A DNA stretch of 64,000 bases from the human T2T-CHM13v2.0 reference genome, Homo sapiens, in the NCBI RefSeq assembly GCF_009914755.1, contig NC_060928.1; one strand, written 5' to 3'. The notes beneath the pieces were generated by a model. The model saw only the letters and a program-made list of their open reading frames with translations, was not told the origin of the DNA and ran no database searches. The translations under genes were made by a program, and so were the position numbers. Positions 15,237 through 35,639 of the stretch are shown one piece after another (position 1 is the first letter of the stretch; every line of letters starts with the position of its first letter).

Positions 15237-16551
15237 TATACAACTTATATCAGTAAAAAGAAGAGTAAGCTTTGTTCTAAAGTTTCAAAGGACTGCCTCA
15301 CTTTTCTGTTTTCTGGAAATGCATATGTGGCTTACTCCGAACTTGTGAGTATTGGGACTTACGAACAATGGAAATTTTGGAACCTAACCTGTTCATATGT
15401 AAGAGTTTCTAAAGTTCCAAAATGGGTTCTGTATTCCTCTGGTCTTCTGAAACAGAGTACAGAACATAATTTAATTTTTCTTTGCAATTGAGGACCAAAT
15501 CTATGAATATCTGTTTTGGTCCTGATATATGGTGATGTCATAAAGCGCTTTCAAGTTATAAAGCAGGTGTTCGGTATGTGACAGTTCCCTTCACTTTATT
15601 TCCTTCAGAATACTAGGTTATAAATTTCTCAGATGGCAGAGACTTGTGGACTATGTTTATCATATTTCCAGTGGAATACATAGGGTTGTTCAATGTAACT
15701 AATTGTGTCAGAATACCGTGCATTTTTAATTCATTTTTCTAATTGTCTTGTTTTTCCTGTGCTTATTCTGCCAACTAATAGAGATTGCTCCTCTCAAACT
15801 ACCTATATTAACAGCATTTCCTTCCCTTGCCTTGTGATTCATAGTTTCTAATCTGCTGTGGACTAGTTAAGTGTCTAACTACAGAAATTATAGCATGTCT
15901 GAAACAACAGCCAAATAGTTTATGTGACAATCAGAGAATTTCCTGTAAGTGCATGCACTATTGTTCATGAGTTGACTATGTGGTAATTATTTGCCAATAA
16001 TCTCATCTTTTATTTTTCTTTTAGTATCTTAGTTGTGTTTTAGACCACTGAAATGTAAATGAGAGTTAAATGACATCAACATAAGTGATCAAATATTATT
16101 AAAGTCAGTGAAATTATTTATTCTCATGATAATGCGTGGTGAAACTCAACTGGAATGCCATAATGAAAAGAAGAAACAAAGATTCACTAAGAGCAAAAAA
16201 AAAAAAAAAAAACACAGCCAGGATTGTTTTTAATTCAAGAAATACAAATACAAGTCAGTAGGAATATATAGAAAAGTTTCTGCATACCTTTGAAAACAGA
16301 CCATATCTTATTCATTTTTGTATCCCCAATACCTAGCCTATTATAAATGTAATAAATCTGTAAATGGATCAGATAAAGGAGGAAAAAGCAGAAAACTGTT
16401 TCTTCATATTGGGAGATGGACACCTAATAGAGAATGCCACTAAAAGGGAAGGAGTGATCTACAAACGCCAAATGTGATTTACAAACTAGAGAATAAAAAC
16501 CCTAGTGAGAAATATGGAAAGCCAGGCTACGATAAAGAATTGACATTTCTT

Positions 16552-16835
16552 GGCTGGGCATGGTGGCTCACGTCTGTAATCCCAGCACTTTGGGAGGCCG
16601 AGGCAGGCAGATCACCTGAGGTCAGGAGTTTGAGACCACCCTGGCCAACATGGTGAAACCCCATTATCTACTAAAAATACAACAATTAGCCAGGAGTGAT
16701 GGTGCATACCTGTAGCCCCAGCTACTCAGGAGGCTGAGGCAGGAGAATCGCTTGAACCCAGGAGGTGGAGGTTACAGAGAGCCAAGATGGCGCCACTGTA
16801 CTCCCGACTGGGTGACAGTCTCAAAAAAAAAAAAA
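16552..16835 (+). mobile_element. AluSx-like
   Basis: Full dimer; TSD aaagaattgacatttctt / aaagagctgacatttctt. Confidence 0.92.
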
Positions 16836-17790
16836 GAGCTGACATTTCTTGAGCTAGAGATAGGCGTTCAGTTGTCCAAGGCTCCCACTTCTGTTATAGA
16901 GAATAGAGTCCTAAGTTGGGGATGACAAATAGTAACACACGTATTATTTCACTTCCATATATGCAGCAGAGATTAATTCAATTACCCACTCTTTCTCACT
17001 GAACAGACTTGGCCTCAGCATCTGCATCAACACTATACCTCAGAGAATCTGAGTTGACATAGGAAACATCATAATTGGCATTTGTGACACTGTAATCACA
17101 AATCTACAAAATATCACTTTTATTGGTCTGTAAAAGATTGAAGAGATGTCCTGAAAGAAAGGACCATCATCTTCCAAAGTAAGAGAATGAACCAATTCAG
17201 CTTAACTCTGCTATTCAAAAGCAGTGGTCCTCAAACTTCCCCATGCATCAGAATTGCCTGGAGAGCTTGCTGTAGGGCCCTATCTCCACCACTTCTGAAT
17301 CAGTATACGGTCCAGGGTTTGGGCCCACAAATCTGCATTTCAAAAACTCTGAGATCTACCATTGTAGAGTACACTGGAACAAATTCTAAATATGAAAAAC
17401 TGAAAATCTTTTGACAGCAAGACAGTAAATCATAACTAGCATAGCTTTATGAAGAAAAATGTAAATTAACCCAGTATAGTTTATAGTAAAGCAATGGTCT
17501 GGAGCTAAATAATCCTTGGTTTGACCGCTGGTTCTGCTAATTCCAGGTTCATGATTTTTACTAAGATTACTTCAGCTCTATAAACATTAGTTTCTTCACA
17601 GATAAAATAGGGATAAGAAAAATATCCCATGGAGTTATTGTTAGGATTAAATAGAAAAAAATACATATCTAGATTTACAAGCACAGTGCCTAGTAGATGG
17701 TTCAATCCTATTCATTCAATTCTTCATCCTTTTTTCACTTATAGTAGTAATGGAAATTAAAGCAAAAGAGTGAAATATTTTCATAAAGGT

Positions 17791-18295
17791 TGTAGTGTTT
17801 GTCAGGAGGAAAAATATCTACCTTCTAGAAGGGGTGCCACGGCAGCGACAGCACAAGGCCCGTGCGTCTGGGGTTCCTGTAACAAAAGAAAGGCATATGA
17901 ATGTATGATATTTAATGTAAGTTTTACATGGCACCAGAGCCTTCATAAGGAAACGAAGACCTGAAGAAACCTGAGCGTTTTATACCAAGCTTGATGAAGA
18001 GTAGACTGTTATGGAAAACTGTGATAAGACAAAAAGATGGGCTAAGGGCAGTAAACTGGGGGAAACCTACCAAGGCCTATTCATTTAGATTCCTCTTGGC
18101 GTCTCTCTGTCTTCACAAATAAGACTGCTTCTTTTCTCCAGGTATAGAGAGGGCATCTCTCACATGAGGGTCTTATGACCTGCTTCATGGGAAGGTCAGA
18201 GTCCTCACACCTGCCATTTCTCAAATTCCATCAGCTTAAAACATTCAATATGCCAAGGTGTTATATTTTGGGGTAGTGTGCCCTGAACACCATCA
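17791..18295 (-). mobile_element. MER34-like ERV1 LTR
   Basis: Minus strand starts TGATGGTGTTCAGGGCACACTACCCCAAAATATAACACCTTGGCATATTG. Confidence 0.65.
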
Positions 18296-19692
18296 TAAAC
18301 ATGCTAGAAAAATTCTACAGCAAATTAGTGGACAAGGGGAAGGAGCTTAGGTATTAAAGATTGTGGAGAAGATCTATTAAAACACAGGGCCCCAATCCTC
18401 CTCTTAAGGAGTCTCCCCTTAAGAGACAGGGTTCACTTTCATCCCATATACTTCTGATTAAAAGGAGCCTCTTATACCCAGGAGAATACATTCCAGGTGC
18501 AGAAAGCCAATTACCTAGTTATTCCCTTACCCACGTAATTATAGACCTTAATCCAAATTCAAAGGACTCCTGGGAGATGCTGGAATCTGTAATTGTGTAA
18601 TCTCTTTGATGAAGCACAGAGTGTGATCTTTTGCTCATGTGGGGCTAGGTTTCTGTGGAGAAGCTGGAAATGCTGTGGAAAAGGGCTTGCCCCTTTTGTG
18701 TATATGAACTCTAATGTAGTTGAAATTCCTAGAAGTCAAAGATATAAATCTAACTACTAAAATTCATTTAGTGCATTAAAATGCCAGTTATTAATTTACG
18801 GCAACAACTAAAGGGAAGCTTTGTATTATTCTAGGACTACAATGCAATTTATGCTTTGCATAATCATTCAGTAAATGACTTATTGCTCCAGAAATACCAT
18901 CTTGCTAGATCCCATTCTGAATTCAGTGTTTCTGAGCAATCTCATCTCCAATACAGAGTGATGACATACTCAGGATTCCAAGACGGCAAAATGACTTGGG
19001 TAATGTAGTCTAGGGCCTGCCAGTGAGTATGCTGAGACAGACCAGAAAGACTTAAAGATTCCACTAATGTAGACAAAGCAAGCTGAGCCACAACTTCTCG
19101 GAACACCAACAGGATGCACCAACAATCGACAAAAAAAAAAAAAAAAAAAGGAGATAAAGTTTAAAGTTTGTCTTCCAGCATTCCCTTACCCTATTTTCCC
19201 CTTCCTCTTCCCTACTTTATCAGTGGGAAAAGTTCTCAATAATGCAATTCTTACTGAGATTCTTGTGTTTATCAGAGAAATGTTTCCTCTTTCTTTGCCA
19301 AGGAATTATATATTCCCAACAGACATGGCGCTTGAATGCTATATTTCCTTTGGAATCAAGAAAGGGGAGGTGGGGGAATCAAAAATTAAAAACCAAACCC
19401 AAGCCATTGTTCCTCTTCGAGGAAGGGTGGATGGTCAGTCGTCGCCTGAGCTCCGAACATCAACCCGCGGCTCTCAAGTTCCCCTCCCAGTAATGCTGGG
19501 CCCAGCCTCGCCGCGGCCGATCCAGCCTCTGCCCTAGGTGGAAGCGGGCCACCCGGTCCCTTCACCCACTGAGGCCCAGTCCTTTCGCCTCAACACGAAG
19601 GCACCTGGCCGGGCCGGAGCAGCAGCCGCGGGGCCGGCACTGGGGCCACGGAACCCCGGGCCAGACTCAGGCCTGGGCCAGCTCGGCTCCGG

Positions 19693-19707
19693 CCTGCAGG
19701 GGGCGCT
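19693..19707 (+). promoter_or_regulatory. CTCF core motif in the promoter
   Basis: CCTGCAGGGGGCGCT, one mismatch to the consensus. Confidence 0.65.
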
Positions 19708-20000
19708 GCGGCGGCACCGGCGCGAGGCCCGCGCGTGCGGGGAGCGACCCCAGGTGTAAGTCCCGGGGCGTGGGGCGCGTGGGTCAAGGCGGAGCGACCC
19801 AGGATCCCCGCGCCCGCGGCGGCCGCCGAGTGGCAGCGCTGGACTCGCGGAGAAGCTTGGGTACCTGAGCCGCGGTCCCGGGTGACACCCTCAGTGACGC
19901 CAGGCGCGTTCCTTCCTCTTCCTCTCTCCTCTCCGGCCCCGCCTTCCCTTCCCTCCGCCCACCTCCCTGAAGCGGAGCCGCCGTCGCCACCAGCGCCGTC

Positions 20001-20133
20001 ATGTCGGCCCCCGCCGGGTCCTCTCACCCGGCCGCCAGCGCCCGGATCCCGCCCAAGTTCGGCGGAGCGGCCGTCTCAGGAGCCGCAGCGCCCGCGGGCC
20101 CGGGTGCGGGCCCGGCGCCGCACCAGCAGAACG
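20001..20133 (+). CDS. SEC24B: SEC24B coding exon 1 (MSAPAGSSHPAASARIPPKFGG...HQQN, 44 codons + 1 nt)
   Basis: ATG in gccgtcATG context inside a CpG island; translation matches the recalled human SEC24B N-terminus; donor ACG|GTGAGG at 20133/20134; joins exon 2 in frame (G|GT = Gly). Confidence 0.97.
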
Positions 20134-22625
20134 GTGAGGCGGGCGGCCCGGGCGGAGCGCGGGGCCTAGCACCGGCTGGGCGGCCTGCACGGCCACATCG
20201 GGGCGGGGCGGGCCGGGCCGGGAAGGGCGTTCGGGGCCAGGCCCGGCCCGAGGGACGGGAGCGGGCGCGGTGCGGAGGCCGCGGGGTCCGGGTTGGGTGC
20301 GGGTAGGGGGCAGGGAAGGCACGGCGCGGGGCGCGCGGGGGTGGGACGCCCCTGGCGTGGGGGCGGGGGCCGGCCTGGGAAAGCTGGGGCCGTGGCTGTT
20401 TATGTAATGCGACCCCAGGCCCGAAACGGCCTCGGGCGAGTAGGGGCGACTGAAAAGCTGGGAGCCCACGTAGTAAAACCCAGTTACCTAGCCTGGACGC
20501 GGGCGAGTTGCCCCGAGCGACCCCTTGGCTGCGAGAGCTGGCCAGAAGCCGAGGCCGCTGAGTGCGTGGTCCGGAGAAGGCTGGTGCAGCCACCCAGCAG
20601 GGTGGATTGTGCCCTTCCTGTCTCAGGAAAATTGCTTCGGTTCCCGAGGCCCAGCGAACACGCTGCCTTGAGGAAACTTAAGTTTGCACTCAAGTTTGTA
20701 GACAAAAGGGTGTAAATATGCTATATAAGTGTAACTGTAACCCTGACCCAGTTCGGCCTCAAGAACTGTCATTGCCGCTGCGGCTGCTGCTCAAGCTTTT
20801 GGAGTTTGCTTGTAGTGTTTGAAAGGGAGCAGATGTAAACGGATTTAAACGAACATCTTTAGATCTGGGTGTTTTTCCTAGCTCCACTTTCAGAGATGAA
20901 AAAACGTGCCAGAGTTGGCCCTGCTTTGAGGCAGGGCCTTCATACAGGCAGCAGCCAAATGCAGCACGAAAGCCGCTTTCATATTAAGGTCGTGGGCTTT
21001 TAGTAGGCTGCAAAATGATGGATATGCATTCCCTAATGCTGAGATTTGGAATGTTCGCGGATAGGGGCCAAGGGTGGAGGAATTCTCCTTACAGACTTCT
21101 TAGTATGTCAGATGAGAACCTTGGAAAGTAATTGACTGAATTTAGAAAAATACCTCTGTCCTGTGTTGGTACGAGAACCAAACTGCATTAGTACTCTCCA
21201 GATGATTGACCTGTTTTATCTAATTTCCTAATGAAAATCTGCTGGACTTTATGAATTAGTTTAATCAACATCTAAGTTTTACAACTGATGCTTTTCAAAC
21301 ATGAAGTGTATCGTTTGTCCTGAGGATCAGAAGTTGAGTGATACTTTAGCCTTAATATTCTTTGGATCAGCCTTACCTATCAGTATTACATGCTGTACTC
21401 TCAGTAGTCATTGTTTACTATAATCGCTTTTGGATATAAACCTGTTCTGAACAAATGTAAAAATACTATTTGTGAGCAGTGTTTGTTCTTGTAACCTTAA
21501 TATAAGTTCTTGTTTTTGTTTGTTTTTAAAATAGCTTTATGAAGGAACTAGAACACGATAATTTAGTAAAAGAGCCCAAGTCTTTTAGAACATTGTAGAC
21601 TCATGTTTACCAGTGATTCAAGGATTGTGTCTTTCCTTGATTTTCTGAATATGCATTATCATCTTAGTGAACAGTTTTTAAAGTGGCAAATGTTTATTAC
21701 AGCCTTATAAATTTTGTGAACACTCAAGAATGCCAGGATATGTACTCAGCCAAGTGTAATCAGGATGTTAAAATCTGTAAGAACAAATCAATGTTTTGAT
21801 GCCAAATATAGATGATGCTTGAGTTCTCTTGTTTATAATCACTACTTTCCTTTAATGTTGCAATAATCATTTCAACATTTATTGCATGCTTACCAGTTGG
21901 GGACTCAAGGTTAGGGTAGCAGATGAGACAGAGTCCCTGCCTCTCTCCTGACTTGCCCTGTATTTGGTAATGTTTGAATTGGTTCTGGCTAGCCTTGAGG
22001 GACTCGACAGGTTGGGGTGGGAGGGAAAGGTTGACTCTAGGCAGAGGTTACAGCATGAACTAAAGTTTGGAAATATGAAAGTGCAGGGCATGCTTGGAAA
22101 GTGGAAGGAGTCAAGAGGTGCAGAGGGTGCTGGGTGGCATGGGAAGCCAAGGCATCGAAGCCGAAAGGAGCAGGTTAAAAGGGGTCAGGTTGCAGAAAGG
22201 CCTTAAATGTTATGCTAGGAAATTTGAAAGTTATGGTAAAGTGTAAGAACTAGGGTCAGGTAGAGTACGAGGTCTCCCTGTGTTGCCCAGGCTGGTCTGC
22301 TGGGCTCAGGTGATCCTCACACCTTATCCTCCAGAAGGATTTTTGTTTTTGTGGAAGGGATTAGTTTAAGTAGAGAAACAAGATTAAATCTCTTTTTGTT
22401 TTGTTTGCTAATCTCAAAAAAAAAAAGTTTGCTACGTGGTATCAGCATGTAGTAAGCAGTCATTTGGGTTTCTCATTTATTTTTCAGTCCTACAAAAGTA
22501 GTTAGCCTTTTAATATATCTCTATGGAATTCCAGACATGGTGAAAAAGAAATAGGTCAGAAATATGAGCATAAAACAGACAGAATTGTAAAACTGGAATG
22601 GTACCTAGAAATCACTCACTTCAGT

Positions 22626-23409
22626 GTTGTGGTGTGATATGAAATACGTTTGGCCTTTGTCCTGGGTTCCTGTAACAGCTCCTAAAACCCTTGTAATTTC
22701 CTGAGTGATAGGAGTGTCGCTTGCTACTCATAAGGAGTCTTTTGATCACATTTGAGTTTGTGCTAATGAGATGACTTAGGATGGGTCTCCTAGACAGCCT
22801 CAGGCTGGAGCTGGTAACCAGAAAGACCAAGTAATTAGAGAGTTGGGACTTTGAGTCCCCACCCATCATCCCCTTTGAAGGGGAGTGGATAGGCTGGAGA
22901 TGAAGCTTTATAAAAACTCTGGAACAGTAAGATTTGGTGACCTTCTGGGTTGCTGAACATGTGGAGATGCTGGGAGGGTGGCGGCACCTGCCCCCATCCT
23001 TTGCCCTGTACATCTCTTTCATTTGGCTGTTCATCTGTATCCTTTGTAATATCCTTTATAATAAACAATAAATTTAAATGTTTTCCTGACTTCCACAAGC
23101 CCTTCTACCAAAGTAATTGAACCTAAGGAGGGGGTAGTAGAAACTCCAGTTTGTAACTGGTTCCTCAGAAGTACAGATGGCAACCTGCTACTTGTGATAC
23201 TTATGATAGGCATCTGAAGTGGGGAGCCATCTTGTGGGACTGAACCCTTAATCTGTGGGATCCGAGTCTAACTTCAGGTAGGTAGTGTCAGAATTGAATT
23301 GAGTTGGAGGACCCCCAGTTGGTGTCTGTTGGGGAAAAATAAAAACAAAAATTCACACATCTGGTCACAGAAGTGGTCTGTGCAGAATGAGAGTAGAGTG
23401 AAAGAAGTT

Positions 23410-23410
<1 letters not shown>
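22626..23410 (+). mobile_element. MER21-like LTR
   Basis: tttgtcctgggttcctg...gctcctaaaacccttgtaatttcctgagtgataggag signature; AATAAA at 23060. Confidence 0.75.
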
Positions 23411-24724
<1,314 letters not shown>

Positions 24725-25602
24725 AAAGATCTCTTTCTGTTAACAGACTCTAAGAAAATTCTTTTTAGAAACTTTGATGTTTGAGAAGAAAGGAATAGAG
24801 AGGCAGAAAACCTAGTCTTCATGATCACTTTTACTTGTTTTCTAGGTGTAACTGCTAGCATGTTTCCTCCACTTATTCGAAGATACAGCTTGACTTGATT
24901 TCAAGTCTGTGAAATCTTTCTCTTAAGCTTCCTTCCTTGGTGTTGTATTTCTATCCTTCATTTTTCATTGAGCAATATATGGATTTTTAAAACTATTTGT
25001 ATTTCCATACCAAGCATTAATTGAATATTTCTTACCTTTTACTCTGCCTTTTGGGATTCCTTCCAAAGCTGAGTCCTCAAACGTAGGAAGACTGACTAAA
25101 GTAATAGCCTGGTAATGAACTTGTTGGGAGGTGAGGGGATGGGGCAGTCAGATTTAATAATAAGCTGCTGCTTTTTAATTTTACTTTTAGGAAGCAAATG
25201 GTGTTCATTTTCAAATGAAAGTATATTTTAATCCTTCCATATGCCCTTTTCCAGAATGAAACTACAGTTTTATCACTTTAATTGTTAATAATGCAAGAAA
25301 GATGAGATAGTAATGGGAATTACTAGAACTCACTATGGAAGATGTAAATAAACATACCATTCATACAGCAGTACTATCGGGTCAGTCACTGGAAACCCTT
25401 AAACTTTGAGGGCACATGCAGCATTTAAAATGATATAAATCTCCCTAGTGTATCTCAAATAAGTTCCTTTTGATCAGAGCCACATCAGTGTCTCAGGTTT
25501 CTAGTCTCCATTTATAGCTAACCGGAAGCATCAGGTCCTCTCATGAATATACCCCTGTGGTATTAAAGTGACTGTGTCTGAATACATAATTTCCTCCTAA
25601 GC

Positions 25603-26321
<719 letters not shown>

Positions 26322-27559
26322 TTATTTTTTATTGCTATATATATTGCTTTAGTTGTTTGCAGTGTCTTTTCACTCCCTTCCTCTCCCCCCAAGTTTCTGG
26401 GATTGTAGCAGTAATTAATTTTGTAAACCATATTCATTGCCACCACTAGTATTTCATGTTACTTTATCTTTCCAATTCATCTGTAATTCCTGAAGTATTT
26501 TATGCTAAAGGTATTAGAATAATTTTCTTTCCTAGAAATGAGGCATCTTCATTGTCAGCATTGTTAGAAAAGATCATGTTATATATATTCAGCCCTGGAG
26601 AAGCTACTATTTTCAATAGGCTGAGCATACTCAGAATTGTCCAGAAGGAGTGGACTAGTGAAAAGGTTGTAGGCTTTGATATAGCCCAAATTTTTGTGGA
26701 GAAACTTACTTAACATGCTTCAGAGTATAATAATACCTTTCTTACAGAGTTGTTTATAGAACTACATTTAATAAGGTACTATTTTTAAAGTACTTAGCCC
26801 TAGAAGGAGCTTAGCAATTAGAGTCCCTCCCTTCCATTTTCTTCAGAACACCGTTTTATAAATTCTTCAGGTGGCAGAAACCATATGAGTTTTCTTCATC
26901 ATATGCCCAGTAGTAGCAGCTTGTAATAGGCACTCAGTTAAGTGAACTTGGTTTCCTATTCGTTATTGCTTTTGAAGACTGGCCACTGACAGGAGTCTGT
27001 GTGCCAGCTCCCTCTCCCCTTTTTTGTATTTAAGGCTCAATCACTATTTTAGTCTTCTCTTTATTTTCTTCTGCTTTCCAGTCCTCCATCCCTTATGTCC
27101 GCAAATGCATTCTTGGAAGGTTTCTGGTAATAGGCCATCTATTTTAGCTAGTTTGCTTATGGAAAGGTAAGTTTAATGGGTTTTAAGTTTTCTAAAATTG
27201 TGTGCCAGAAGTCATTTGTAACAGGAACTGAGGAAAAGCAGGATGAAGTAGCGAGAGGGAGTGGTAAAATCATGTCTTGCCTAGCCAGTGGCCAAGTCTT
27301 AACTTGTTTTCCTTAGGATTTCTGATTAATGGATATTGTGAAATGAGGTATAAGCCTGGCTTTGGAACCAGCAATGCCTGGCTTCTTTGCTCCTTACCAA
27401 CGATTTGAATTCGTATGAATTAGTGGGCTTTCATGGCCCTGTTTATTTGTATATAAAAGATGATAGTGATACTTCACAGAATTGTTTGAGAAGCATATCA
27501 GATTATATGTAGAAAAGCAAGGTATCTGGCATGTAGTAGATTCTGAACCAATATTGATT

Positions 27560-32003
<4,444 letters not shown>

Positions 32004-32229
32004 GTTTTAGTTTTTCAGTGATTATTTGATGCTTATGTAAGGCATTGTATTGGGCAATTTGGGGAGTGCAATAATCAAATTAATTTATTCTAAGATGCTT
32101 TTTTTTTTTTTTTTTACATTTTTTACCTCTGAAATTGGGGTGCATTTTAGAATCAGTGGAATTCTAAACTTGCTTTCCATAAAGTGAAATCATAATATAG
32201 TTGTGTGAGAATCTGCCATTGATACCTGA

Positions 32230-32688
32230 TGTGGTAGGCTGAATAATGGGTTCCCCAGCTATGTCCATGTCCTAATCCCTGAAACCTTTGCAGCAGTGAT
32301 TAAGTTAAGGATCTTGAGATGGGGTTTTCCTGGAACTTGGTAGGCCTGATACAATCACAGCAGTTCTTATTAGAGAGACACAGGACAAGTCAGAGCCAGC
32401 AGCGAAGGAAATGTGAAGACAGAAGCAGAAGTTAGAGTGATGTGCTTTGGAGATGGAAGGGGCCACAAGCCAAGGAATACCAGTGGCCACTAGAAGCTGG
32501 AAAAGGCAAGGAAACGGATTGTCTCTTCAGAGTGTCCAAAGGGAACCAGCCCTGTCCCTTGACACTTTGTAGCCCAGTGAAACTGATTTTGGACCTCTGA
32601 CCTCCAGAACTCTAAGAGAATAAATTTGTGTTGTTGTAAACACTGACTTTGTTGTACTTTGTTATAGTAGCAGCAGGAACCTAATACA
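32230..32688 (+). mobile_element. MLT1D-like MaLR LTR
   Basis: tgtggtaggctgaataatgg...agaagctggaaaaggcaaggaaac...ctaataca. Confidence 0.8.
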
Positions 32689-35546
32689 CCTGTGAAGATA
32701 AATAGTGGCAGTATCAAAACACACCTTAGATATAATGAAATACGATAGATTTTCATTTCTTTTTGTTAAAAACACTTTTCTTATACGTGAACAGGGTAAA
32801 AAGTGTAACACGCCAAAGCAGAAAAAAGACCTGTTTTTGTATTATGGTATAAATTATTTTACATAGTGAAAGCTTTTAAAGTTTCATGTTCTTTGTGTTT
32901 AAGTAGCATGTAGTATTCCTTATTGATACATTGTGATAAGTGCCTGATACAGAAATACTTGATGATTATTTACTAGGCTTCATTTTATAAAAATACAGTA
33001 ATAGTTTCCATCAGCCAGCCATTACACTAAGCTTTGGGGGATAGGATAGAGCTAAGAGCAAACTAGACTGAATTTTTTCACTTGCAGAATTTACAATTAG
33101 ACAATTACAGTTCCATGTGAAAAGTTCTGTCATAAGGGTCCAAAATACTGTGGAAGCAATATTATATAATGGCATGCATTCACTTGTAGGATTAGAGAAT
33201 GTTTTCCTAGAGAAGAGCTGAGCTGAGATCTGAAGAATAAGTTAAGAATTGGTCAGGTGAAGCAGAAGAGGGTATTTTGGAAGGTTCCATATACAGGGAA
33301 AAGCCTATCTGAAGATTGAGAGGTGAAGAAGCATGGCTTGAAAAAAATTTAGCATGATAAGGATGTGTGTAGAACAGTGATTCTCAGCCTTTTCATACTC
33401 ATGGCTACTTTAGTGCTAAAATTTTTGGTGGCATTCTTAAAGGAATTACACTTTGAACACTTGTATTAAAAAAAAATTTCAAAAAAGGTATCACATACTC
33501 ACTTGATCCCCTTCAGAAGCCTCTAAAAGACAGCTTAAAGTAAAACTGTCTTCTGCCCTGATGAACCTCTTTTAGGGCCTCTTGAGGTGAAACTCAAGCA
33601 TACAATCTTAGTTGATGTTGTACTGTGGCTTCTTTGCTTTTTTGTGGCAAACAGTATTTTTTTCCCACCAGCTCAGCATTCTATTTGACTTCACCATATC
33701 AGTAAGCATCTTAAGTGTAGCAAAATTAAATTTTATTTATTGATCAAATGTTGGCAGAGGCATGTGGAAGACTACTAGTATACTAGTATATTAAGGCATA
33801 CCTCTTGAAAATTATTGTATGAAGAGGTGGTGAGTGATAAAGCAGGAGTGGTAAGCAGAGGTCAGATGATGGAGAGTCTTTGCATTGTTTTCTATTTACT
33901 GCTGTAACAAATGACCACAAATTGGTGGCTTCAAACAACATGAATTTATCACCTATAGGTTAGAAGTCCACCTGAGCTAAAACCAAGGCATCTACAGGGC
34001 TGCATTCCCTTCTAGAGAATCTAAGGGAGAATTAATTTCTTGCCTTTGTCAGCTAGCTTCTGGATGCTGCCCACATTCCTTGGTCCATGGCCCACTTTCT
34101 CCATGTTCAAAGCCAGCAACATTGCATCTGTCTGAGAATTCTTCTGTAGTCACATCTCCCTCTGACTCTCTTCTACCTCTGCTTTTCTGCTCTTAAGGAT
34201 GTTTGTGATTATATTGGTCTCACCTGGGTAATCAAGAATCTATTTTAAGGTCAGTTGATTAACATTCTTAATACCATGTGCAACCTTAATTCCCCTTTGC
34301 CAGGTAATCTAACATATTCACAAGTTTCAGAGATTAGGATATGGACATATGTTTTATTGGTCATGTTAAATAATTTGAATTTTTTTTTTTATGGCAAGGT
34401 AAACCATTAGAAGGCATCAAACCAGGGAGTAACAATATCAGATCTGCTTTTTAGGAAAATCACTCTGGCTACGTTTGGTGTGTCATACAATTTAATAGGT
34501 CATTTCCAGTACCTTTTTCTACTGATGTATTAAAAACTTTATTTTGCAATAATTTTAGACTTACAGAAGTGTTGCAAAGATATACAGAAAGTGCAGTACC
34601 CTTCAGTCAGCTTCCTCTAACAATAACTTATGAAACTTTTTTTTTTTTGAGCCTCCCAGGTTCAAGCGATTCTCCTGCCTCAGCCTCCCAAGTAGCTGAG
34701 ACTACAGGCACTTGCCACCACGCCTGGCTAATTTTTGCGTTTTTGTATTTTCAGTAGAGATGGGGTTTCGCCATGTTGGTCAGGCTGTTCTCGAACTCCT
34801 GACCTGCCCACCTCAGCCTCCCAAAGTGCTGGGATTACAGGCATGAGGCACTGTGCCCAGCCTGTCTTCCGAAACTTTGGTACATTTATCAAAACCAGGA
34901 AATTAACATTGGTGAAATAAAATTAACTGCAAATTTTACTGATGTTTCACCAGTTTTTACATGAATGTCTTTTTTTCTGTTTCAGGATTTAATTCAGGAT
35001 ATCATGTTGCATTTAGTTGTCATGTCTCATTAGCCTGTAGTCTGACAGTTTCTTAGTCTTGTCTTTTTTTTTTTTTTCCAATGACTTCCTCGTTTTTGAA
35101 GAGTACTGATTGGGTATTTTGTAGACAGTTCCTCACTTTGAGTTTGCTGATGCTTTCTCATGATTAGATTGTGTGTATGAATTTTTCGTAAGAATACCAC
35201 ACAGGTGAAGTATGCTTCTTATTGAGTCATTTCAGGGTTTACGTGATACCAGCTTGTTTTATTACTGATCATGTTAACCTTGGGCACTTGGTTAAGAGGG
35301 TTGTCTTAGCTAGGTTGCTATATTGAAACATCATTGACTGAGGCTTAAACAATAGACATTTCTTTTCTTCTTTGAGGCAGTGTCTCACTGTCACCTGGGT
35401 TGGAGTATAGTGGCTCAATCATGGTTCACTGAAGCCTTGACCTCCCAGGCTCAAGCAATCCTCCCACCTCAGCCTCCCAAGTAGCTGGGACTACAGGCAC
35501 GTGCCACCATGCCTGGCTAATTTTTCTTTTTTTTTTTTTTTTGTAG

Positions 35547-35639
35547 AGACGGGATTTCACCATGTTGCCCAAGCTAGTCTTGAACTCCTGGACCCAAGCA
35601 ATCTGCCCGCCTCAGCCTCCCAAATTGCTGGGAGTACAG
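35547..35639 (+). CDS. SEC24B: Candidate alternative Alu-derived cassette exon of SEC24B (93 nt; [31 protein letters not shown])
   Basis: Poly-T tract + tag acceptor, CAG|GTGTGT donor, length divisible by 3, phase 1-1, no stop; lies in the left arm of an antisense AluJ. Confidence 0.55.

Larger units (their letters stand above)
16094..19950 (-). ncRNA. SEC24B-AS1: Probable divergent lncRNA SEC24B-AS1 (alias 1/2-sbsRNA4); exon structure not resolved
   Basis: Recalled annotation of a roughly 4-kb antisense transcript starting at the SEC24B promoter. Sequence support: minus-strand AATAAA at 16117-16122, an Alu at 16552-16835, and a candidate minus-strand donor AGG|GTAAGG at 19190/19189. Confidence 0.55.
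19440..20660. promoter_or_regulatory. CpG island / TATA-less, probably bidirectional promoter of SEC24B
   Basis: Very high GC and CpG density around exon 1; GC boxes; NRF1-like GCGCGTGCG near 19731; TGACG half-CRE near 19894. Confidence 0.93.

Noticed and set aside
19538-20715. Many overlapping 70-190 aa ORFs on both strands around the promoter
   Set aside because: Expected from stop-codon scarcity in a GC-rich island; only 20001-20133 has a donor site and matches SEC24B
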